DNA of 45,269 bases. Source: an uncultured Chryseolinea sp. (GTDB taxonomy: Bacteria > Bacteroidota > Bacteroidia > Cytophagales > Cyclobacteriaceae). The stretch lies in the NCBI GenBank assembly GCA_964397805.1, contig CAYNKN010000001.1, forward strand, positions 1 through 45,269, given 5' to 3'. The notes under the pieces are model-generated. The model did no database searches. It was not told the DNA's origin and was given only the letters and a program-made list of their open reading frames with translations. A program made the translations under genes and the position numbers. Below, piece after piece: positions 38,617 through 45,269 of this stretch; the first letter of the stretch is position 1, and each line of letters opens with the position of its first letter.

Positions 38617-39354
38617 ATGAGAAAGGACAAATTACGTAATCATGCAGCTTCGCTATTCCGGGTGGTTATTGTCTTATTGTTTTTTAGTAGATGTGGAAGT
38701 AATGATGATGTTAGTCCGTCAGGCAATCCTACAAATACTAATCTGACCGCCACCACCAAAGTAGTAGATGCAAATAACAATGAATATAGCATAGGGTTTG
38801 ATCATGCTACCAGTATCAACCAAAATCCTACTATCATTAAAAAAGATGCTACCGGAAAGCAGATTTGGAAAGTTACATATGAAACTACACCGGTTGATGG
38901 ACGAGGTAATTTAATTGCACTTGATTCAGATAATATACCATGGGCTGTGTTTTCTGTAGATGGTGGCAGCACAGATGCTGGCTTTATTAACAAGAAGCAA
39001 ATTGCATCTGGTGCTTTCAGTAACGTGTATATGAATGGATATGGAAGTGGCGGTGGAGCCAAAGTTGCCGTGTTCGCTAAAATAGATCCTGCCAACGGAA
39101 ATATTTTAAAGGGAACGTTTATAATAGCCAAGTTAACGAGTGGAAATACCAATACCCTTAACATAACCAAAATGGGTTTCAAAAATGGCAATGTGGCCTT
39201 TGAGATTTCTTCGGCTGCATGGCCTCCCGGAAAAGGCAAAAGTTACATTCGCTTCCCGAACATTGACGACAGTAATCGAACCAATGGGTCGTTCATAATT
39301 TATTATGAAATGAAATCCGATTTATCGGAGATAGTAGAGGCTGCATTGTTGTAA
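38617..39354 (+). CDS. Hypothetical probable lipoprotein
   Basis: Hydrophobic stretch ending FSRC followed by a low-complexity linker GSNDDVSPSGNPT; beta-rich body; start 38608 or 38617. Confidence 0.65.
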   Translation: MRKDKLRNHAASLFRVVIVLLFFSRCGSNDDVSPSGNPTNTNLTATTKVVDANNNEYSIGFDHATSINQNPTIIKKDATGKQIWKVTYETTPVDGRGNLIALDSDNIPWAVFSVDGGSTDAGFINKKQIASGAFSNVYMNGYGSGGGAKVAVFAKIDPANGNILKGTFIIAKLTSGNTNTLNITKMGFKNGNVAFEISSAAWPPGKGKSYIRFPNIDDSNRTNGSFIIYYEMKSDLSEIVEAALL

Positions 39355-39404
39355 TGCGTGATAGTATCTTATTAAAATGATTGAGTAACGAATTTGAAAA
39401 TACG

Positions 39405-40685
39405 ATGCAGAACAGGCGACTTTTTTTGAAGACATCCATAGTCGGTGCGGTAGCATTGCCCTTTTTGTCATCAAACCTTTTTGGAAAGTCAATAGCCTTA
39501 GATGCTATTTCCGTTACCCGAATTACAAATCCGGAATTTAAAACCTGGTTCGGATATTACGATAAGTGGCAAGTCGATCACTCAGGTCGATATGCATTGG
39601 GATGTCGTGTTGATATTGACTTTAAATCGCCTACCGAAGAAGATACCTTACGAATAGGCGTAATTGATTTAAAAAAGTCAAATAACTGGATTGAAATAGG
39701 AACAAGCAAAGCCTGGGGCTGGCAGCAGGGATGCATGTTGCAATGGCTGCCCGGTAACACGCACGAAATTATTTGGAATGATCGCGATGACACCGGCTTT
39801 ATAAGCAGGGTGTTTAATTTTAAAACAAGAAAGGAAAGAACACTTCCCCGCGCTATCTATGCAGTAAGTCCTGATGCACAATTTGCTCTAGGCACAGAGT
39901 TTAGTCGTATCCAAAATTTAAGACCCGGCTACGGATATGCTGGGATTGATGATCCTTACAACAAGAATGCAAAATCGATAGGTATCTATAAAATGAACCT
40001 CGCTACCGGAGAATCTAAACTTCTTTTTTCTATTGCCCAAATCGCGGCTATCCCTCATCAGGAAAAATCGATTATCGATAACTGGCATTGGTTTAATCAT
40101 TTATTGATAAGCCCGGATAGCAAAAGATTTTTATTTCTCCATCGCTGGCGCGAGAACATTGAAGAGCGTCAGGTTATGGCAGTAGGAAAATTTCAAACGC
40201 GAATGATTACGGCAGATGTGGAAGGCAAAGATTTTTATGTTCTTGATCCTTCCGGGAATTCATCCCATTTCGTTTGGCGCGATGTAGATCATATTTGTGC
40301 CTGGACAAAACCTATTGATAAGGATTGGGGCTTTTGGATATTGAAAGATAAGTCGCAGGGCGTATCGCAGGTTGGCAAAGAAAGCATGACGGTGAATGGA
40401 CATAATACCTATGTTCCGAATACAAACAACGAATGGATTTTGAACGATACTTATCCAGATAAAAACAGAGAGCAGACCCTTTACCTGTTTCATGTTCCTA
40501 CCGAACGGAAAGTGATACTCGGAAAATTTTCTGCACCCGATTTGTATAAAGGCGAATGGCGATGTGACCTTCATCCCCGTATGAATCAGCAGGGTACTCA
40601 TGTTTTCTTTGATTCTACACATGAGGGAAAAGGTAGGCAAATGTATAGCCTGGACATTCGTGAAATTTTGAAAAGCAAAAAATGA
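39405..40685 (+). CDS. Tat-exported TolB/oligogalacturonate-lyase-like beta-propeller
   Basis: MQNRRLFLK Tat signal; WFGYYD, WQQGCMLQW, HWFNHLLISPD, NGHNTY, CDLHPR motifs. Confidence 0.7.
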   Translation: MQNRRLFLKTSIVGAVALPFLSSNLFGKSIALDAISVTRITNPEFKTWFGYYDKWQVDHSGRYALGCRVDIDFKSPTEEDTLRIGVIDLKKSNNWIEIGTSKAWGWQQGCMLQWLPGNTHEIIWNDRDDTGFISRVFNFKTRKERTLPRAIYAVSPDAQFALGTEFSRIQNLRPGYGYAGIDDPYNKNAKSIGIYKMNLATGESKLLFSIAQIAAIPHQEKSIIDNWHWFNHLLISPDSKRFLFLHRWRENIEERQVMAVGKFQTRMITADVEGKDFYVLDPSGNSSHFVWRDVDHICAWTKPIDKDWGFWILKDKSQGVSQVGKESMTVNGHNTYVPNTNNEWILNDTYPDKNREQTLYLFHVPTERKVILGKFSAPDLYKGEWRCDLHPRMNQQGTHVFFDSTHEGKGRQMYSLDIREILKSKK

Positions 40686-40746
40686 AACAATTGAAATTTT
40701 GTTTTAACCCTGAAAAAAGTATCAAACAAAAAAAACAATACATACG

Positions 40747-42210
40747 ATGAAATCAATTCCTAAAAAGATCCTTGTTATTTTCTTTGCCTCGGTTTTTTCA
40801 ATAGCCAGTGCACAAAAGGCGAACGAGCAGCGCCCCAACATTTTATTTCTCCTAAGTGATGATCATAGTGTGCCTTTTCTGGGTGCCTATGGATATCCTA
40901 TTCACACGCCTGCAATGGATCAATTGGCAAAAGGAGGTGTATTGTTTGATAGAGCATTCACTACCGCTCCACAATGCGTTCCTTCAAGAGCATCATTGAT
41001 GACTGGCCGCTCGCCTGTAGCCATACAGATGACACGATTTAATGCGCCACTACCCAAGCAATACGTTACGCTACCAGCGGTGTTGAAGAAAGGCGGATAC
41101 TACACCGGAGTATGTAAACGATATTATCACTTAGACGGTCCGTATCATAAGTATGATACAATTAATCAACGAATTCTGGATAAGTACAGCCTTCGTACAT
41201 TTAAAAATGCTTTCGATTTTGTTCAAGTTGGTGGAGATCATAAAACGACACCTGATGTAGTGAATGAATACTTTAATAAAGCGCCAAAAGATAAACCGTT
41301 TTTCCTTTGGGTCAATTTCAGTGATCCACATCATGCATGGGATAAGGATGCTATCGAGAAACCACTCGACCCAAAGACTTTGCCACTCCCTGATTATTTG
41401 CCCGACTACCCAGGCATGCGTCAGGCCGTGGCTGATCATTGCGGTGAGATTATAAGGATGGATGAGGAAGTAAAATGGATTTTGGAGATTCTTGAGAAGC
41501 GTGGCTTATCCAAAAACACGATTATTATTTTTATGGGCGATAATGGAATGGCTTTTCCAAGCGGCAAAGGATCGTTGCATGATCCTGGATTAAATGTTCC
41601 GTTAATCATCAAAGGCCCCTCCCACTTGGTCAAGTCTGCCCGCACTTCATCTCTATTTTCTGGTGAAGATTTGGCACCTACACTTATCGATATGGCCGGA
41701 TTGAAAGTACCGGAGGAAATGACGGGCATTAGTTTCAAGAAGAGTTTACAGGGCGAAAAGTTTGACGAGCGAGAGTACATTTTTGCTGAGCGAGGGCCTC
41801 ACTCAAGTGCCACCTATACTGCCAATGTCCCCTCCAGCGGAGTGGACTATGCGAGATGTGTACGCTCAGAGAAGTATAAACTGATATATAACATAACACC
41901 CTTTCAACGGTATTCCCCGGTGGATAGTGGAAACGATCCGTATTGGAAAGAGATTGAAGAGGCAAATAGAAACGGTACACTTGAGAAGAAATTTCAGGAT
42001 GCTTATTTTCAATTTCCTCGCCCTGTCTATGAACTGTACGATCTCGAGAAAGACCCTGCCGAGTTAAACAACCTGGCCGACAATCCTATGTATACCGCAA
42101 CCTTTAATAAACTTCAGGCTGCGCTGCTCGAAAAGATGGTAGTAGATGGAGACTATGTTGCATTACCCCGCGAGAGACTTGAGCAAGGGACTATCATATT
42201 GGATAAGTAG
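40747..42210 (+). CDS. Cys-type formylglycine (S1) sulfatase
   Basis: RPNILFLLSDD, CVPSRASLMTG signature, DPH, GDNG, ELYDLEKDP.E..NLA; signal peptide. Confidence 0.95.
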   Translation: MKSIPKKILVIFFASVFSIASAQKANEQRPNILFLLSDDHSVPFLGAYGYPIHTPAMDQLAKGGVLFDRAFTTAPQCVPSRASLMTGRSPVAIQMTRFNAPLPKQYVTLPAVLKKGGYYTGVCKRYYHLDGPYHKYDTINQRILDKYSLRTFKNAFDFVQVGGDHKTTPDVVNEYFNKAPKDKPFFLWVNFSDPHHAWDKDAIEKPLDPKTLPLPDYLPDYPGMRQAVADHCGEIIRMDEEVKWILEILEKRGLSKNTIIIFMGDNGMAFPSGKGSLHDPGLNVPLIIKGPSHLVKSARTSSLFSGEDLAPTLIDMAGLKVPEEMTGISFKKSLQGEKFDEREYIFAERGPHSSATYTANVPSSGVDYARCVRSEKYKLIYNITPFQRYSPVDSGNDPYWKEIEEANRNGTLEKKFQDAYFQFPRPVYELYDLEKDPAELNNLADNPMYTATFNKLQAALLEKMVVDGDYVALPRERLEQGTIILDK

Positions 42211-42316
42211 TGATAAGTAATAAAGAATAGGGTATCTCGATTATTGATCGGATACTTTATTTGTCGATAAAAGTACATTTTCTTTTTGACTGCCCTGGTA
42301 TTCTAAACGTCACTAA

Positions 42317-44614
42317 ATGAAATTCAAGATTGATCATCTCTGCATAAAATTATGGTGTTATGTATTCATTTGTTTCGGTGTGTTATCCGGCTGTGACGAT
42401 AAATCCCCAAAATTAGAAAGCGAATTAATCTCCATTACATTTTCAAAGACAAGGGGTGGTATAACATCGTTAGCGGCAAACGATGTTGAATATATCTCAA
42501 GCGATACCGTGGATAATTCACTTTTTGCTCTGCGTTTTCGTGATGAAAAGGGGACACCAATAGAAGTTAAGGCATCGATGGCCGAGGAATTTTTATTCTC
42601 ATCCTCTACCCAGAGTAGCGGTCAACAAATAAAAATGCAATTCAATAGTATCAACGGTTTGGATTGTAACGCAGAAGTAATCGCTACACTTGGCATTAAG
42701 GGAGTTACCTTCGAGATGAGCTTCGATAATCAAACCGATTATATTATTGATCATATTGATTTTCCAATTCTTCCCTTAGCGAATGGATTAGGCCCCGATG
42801 AAAACACGTCCGTTTTTACTACCTATATGGAGGGTGCAGTAACCGAAGGAAAAAACCTAAAAGGAAAATACTATTCTAAACCCGTTGAATTCCCAATGTC
42901 GGGTTGGGGAAGTCATAGTTTCCCAGGCTTGCAATCCAATCAATACATGGCGTGGTTTAAAGGAAAAAGTGGCTTGTACATGGGTGCGCATGACCCACAG
43001 TACACCACCAAAGCTATGGATGTGTACGCACGTGGGAATGATAAATTCCAAATGAATGTGCGGGTCTTTCCGGGTGGACTTGGAAAGGGAAAATTTGATT
43101 TGGGATATCCAACGGTTATCGCACCAATAAAAGGCGACTGGCATGCTGCTGCCGATGTGTATCGTAGTTGGTTTGATGAAACAAAAAAGAATGGCAAAAA
43201 GCTTTTTGAAAACCCGATGAAGCCACAGTGGATGGACGAATCACCCATTGTAATTACCTATCCAGTGCGCGGAATAAAAGACACGGGTGATATGAGCCCA
43301 AATGAATACTTTCCTTACACCAATGCGCTTCCATACATTGATAGCCTTGCATCGAAGTTGGATAGCAAGTTGTTGGTTTTGCTTATGCACTGGGAAGGCA
43401 CAGCTCCGTGGGCGCCTCCTTATGTGTGGCCCCCGTATGGAGGTGAGAAAATGTTGGCTGAATTTAGAGACGCATTGCACGCACGCGGCCACACGTTGGG
43501 CCTGTATGCAAGTGGAACGGGCTACACTGTAAGAAGTAATACCGATACTACATACAACCAGAGGGAAGAGTTTGAAACTAAAAACATCAAAAGAATAGTA
43601 ACGGTAGCACCCGATGGGCAAATGGCTACCAACGGAATTTGTGTTGGCCCAAAAGCCCAGCGCGAAGGGTTTGATATGTGTCCAGCCAATCCGTTTGTAA
43701 AGGAAGTAGTGCTTGATCAAATAAAAAAGATGACTGATTTTGGTATTGATTACATTCAATACTTCGATCAGAATACGGGTGGCGCATGTTACTTCTGTTA
43801 TAGTAAAGATCATGGCCATCCACCGGCACCCGGTGCGTGGCAGACGGAAACAATGCAGTCGATTTTTAAAGAGGCTACGCAATATGTAAATGATAGAGGA
43901 AGTAAAACAATTATTGGCTGCGAGCATGGTGCGGCCGAACCCTTTGTGGATAAGCTGCTTTTTAACGACTTGCGATTCAACATTGCTTATACAAAAGGAT
44001 TACCCGTTCCTGCGTATGCCTACATGTTTCATGAATACCTACATAATTTTATGGGCAATCAGGTACATACCAAATCACGTATCGACCACGCACTATCTCC
44101 GCAGCATTTACAACTTCGAACGGCCTACGCATTCACATCGGGCGATGCACTGACGGGTGTTTTAGCAGGTAAAGGAAAATTGAACTGGGGCTGGTGCGAT
44201 GATTGGAATGCACCCGGTCTGGACCAAGAAGCCGAACTTACGCTGATGAAGAATTTGAATGCCATGCGCAAAGGTATTGCCAAACCATTTTTACTTTATG
44301 GCCGAATGCTTTCGCCCGACCCCATCATTGAGGTGAACCAAACAACGCTCCATTTAAAAATATTGAACCCCGTTTCACAACCATCAGTACTTACCAGCAA
44401 ATGGCAAGACACTTCGGGAAATCAAGCGCAAGTATTTGCCAACTACACCACAGAAGATCAGGTGGTGAAGGTGCAAAGTGTTCTAAAGAAAAAGCAGAAG
44501 TTTACATTGTTTAAAGGAATAGGAAGAGCAGAAACTATCGAGTCAGATGCGGAAGGTCTATACACGGTGAAAGTGCCAGCGTTAAATGCAGCTTTAATCG
44601 TGTATGAAAAATAA
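42317..44614 (+). CDS. DUF6259-like putative glycoside hydrolase lipoprotein
   Basis: Lipobox LSGC; N-terminal beta-sandwich, GDWHAAADVYRSW, HWEGTAPWAPPYVWPP, YIQYFDQ and GCE motifs suggest a TIM-barrel catalytic domain. Confidence 0.65.
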   Translation: MKFKIDHLCIKLWCYVFICFGVLSGCDDKSPKLESELISITFSKTRGGITSLAANDVEYISSDTVDNSLFALRFRDEKGTPIEVKASMAEEFLFSSSTQSSGQQIKMQFNSINGLDCNAEVIATLGIKGVTFEMSFDNQTDYIIDHIDFPILPLANGLGPDENTSVFTTYMEGAVTEGKNLKGKYYSKPVEFPMSGWGSHSFPGLQSNQYMAWFKGKSGLYMGAHDPQYTTKAMDVYARGNDKFQMNVRVFPGGLGKGKFDLGYPTVIAPIKGDWHAAADVYRSWFDETKKNGKKLFENPMKPQWMDESPIVITYPVRGIKDTGDMSPNEYFPYTNALPYIDSLASKLDSKLLVLLMHWEGTAPWAPPYVWPPYGGEKMLAEFRDALHARGHTLGLYASGTGYTVRSNTDTTYNQREEFETKNIKRIVTVAPDGQMATNGICVGPKAQREGFDMCPANPFVKEVVLDQIKKMTDFGIDYIQYFDQNTGGACYFCYSKDHGHPPAPGAWQTETMQSIFKEATQYVNDRGSKTIIGCEHGAAEPFVDKLLFNDLRFNIAYTKGLPVPAYAYMFHEYLHNFMGNQVHTKSRIDHALSPQHLQLRTAYAFTSGDALTGVLAGKGKLNWGWCDDWNAPGLDQEAELTLMKNLNAMRKGIAKPFLLYGRMLSPDPIIEVNQTTLHLKILNPVSQPSVLTSKWQDTSGNQAQVFANYTTEDQVVKVQSVLKKKQKFTLFKGIGRAETIESDAEGLYTVKVPALNAALIVYEK

Positions 44615-44621
44615 TCTACGC

Positions 44622-45269
44622 ATGAAATACACACTTATTTACTTTTTGTCGGGACTTTTGATTTTCGTTGCCATTGGATGTGAGAATAAAAATAGTGTTG
44701 TATCAATTTCGCAAACGGGTAAACCGAATTCATTTCTCTTACCTTATTTGGAATCCAATATTCCAAATGTGGATCGGGCTTGGCGCATTGCTATGGGAGA
44801 TTATACCACTAATATTATTCCCTGGGGATCGGCATACAGTGGTGGCGATGTAAAGTTCAGCGACTCATACCTGCAAGACAAAGAGGCAATGGTAGTAACG
44901 GCAGGCTTAGATTATGGTGTTTTTTCAAGTGATGGCATCATCGCCATTTGGGACGGTATGGGTTTGATTAACCCACAGGTTTCGCGCAATAACTTGCTGG
45001 CTTCATTAAGTTTTAAGAATGATAGAGTAAGAGTAGGCGGCAGGTATTGGGATCCGATTGTTTGGGTTGTTGGCGCATGGGATTATTATCTGCAAACAGG
45101 AGATTCTACTATCCTTCCGCTGGCATTTGAAGCCATAACCAACACCATTGATGATTGTGAAAAAAATGAATTTGATTCTACCTCCAACCTATTTTACGGG
45201 CTTGCTTTTTGGGCCGATGGCATCTCCAGCTACCCAGACGCCTGGGCAAAAGCGTTGACCGGAAAAGCG
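44622..45269 (+). CDS. (alpha/alpha)6 glycoside hydrolase-like lipoprotein, 3'-truncated by window edge
   Basis: Not in ORF track. Open from ATG 44622 to the end: MKYTLIYFLSGLLIFVAIGC lipoprotein signal; AGLDY, GGRYWD..VWVVGAWDYYLQTGD, DGISSYPD motifs. Confidence 0.75.
   Translation, partial: MKYTLIYFLSGLLIFVAIGCENKNSVVSISQTGKPNSFLLPYLESNIPNVDRAWRIAMGDYTTNIIPWGSAYSGGDVKFSDSYLQDKEAMVVTAGLDYGVFSSDGIIAIWDGMGLINPQVSRNNLLASLSFKNDRVRVGGRYWDPIVWVVGAWDYYLQTGDSTILPLAFEAITNTIDDCEKNEFDSTSNLFYGLAFWADGISSYPDAWAKALTGKA

Noticed and set aside
42232-42262. Imperfect hairpin after the sulfatase
   Set aside because: Short bulged stem and broken U-tract; too weak to call a terminator.
44668-44853. 61-aa plus-strand ORF in the track
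   Set aside because: Out-of-frame overlap with the longer lipoprotein ORF starting at 44622.
1-45269. CRISPR arrays, IS/transposase, integrase, invertible promoters, defence systems, tRNA/rRNA
   Set aside because: No repeat-spacer array, recombinase ORF, long flanking inverted repeats or RNA gene signature recognised by eye; the 21-bp repeats are only two-unit sites.

Overview
A 45-kb carbohydrate-utilisation island from a Bacteroidota genome (SusC/SusD pair, T9SS C-terminal domain, TTTG-N20-TAnnTTTG promoter; Cytophagales-like by impression only). Left arm (1-18.2 kb): partial Asp-box propeller gene, cupin-AraC regulator, FGGY kinase, then a plus-strand run of GH43, GH3, a beta-barrel, a GH5-like enzyme, a TRAP transporter (dctQMP), a 2-hydroxyacid dehydrogenase, dgoD and a GMC dehydrogenase with its Tat partner. 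Middle (18.3-25.8 kb): broken sugar isomerase, secreted beta-helix/ricin/T9SS enzyme, GH88, WD40 protein, 5-dehydrogenase and frameshifted kduI. Right arm (26-45.3 kb): an ECF-sigma/FecR-type PUL with SusC, SusD, a fasciclin lipoprotein, two tandem Tat-exported unknown paralogs, a PhoD-like phosphatase, a Tat-exported Ogl-like propeller, a sulfatase, a DUF6259-like protein and a partial (alpha/alpha)6 glycosidase. Most interesting: the locus has the machinery for processing lyase products (GH88, KduI, KduD/IdnO-like) but no recognisable polysaccharide lyase, so the uncharacterised Tat proteins are candidate new lyases for a sulfated/phosphorylated glycan (inference). Also seen: a repeated 66-bp promoter module built on 21-bp-period direct repeats, an antisense-oriented terminator upstream of susC, and several gene remnants and frameshifts. 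No rRNA, tRNA, CRISPR or IS element recognised. Family calls are from motif recognition only; no database searches were run.
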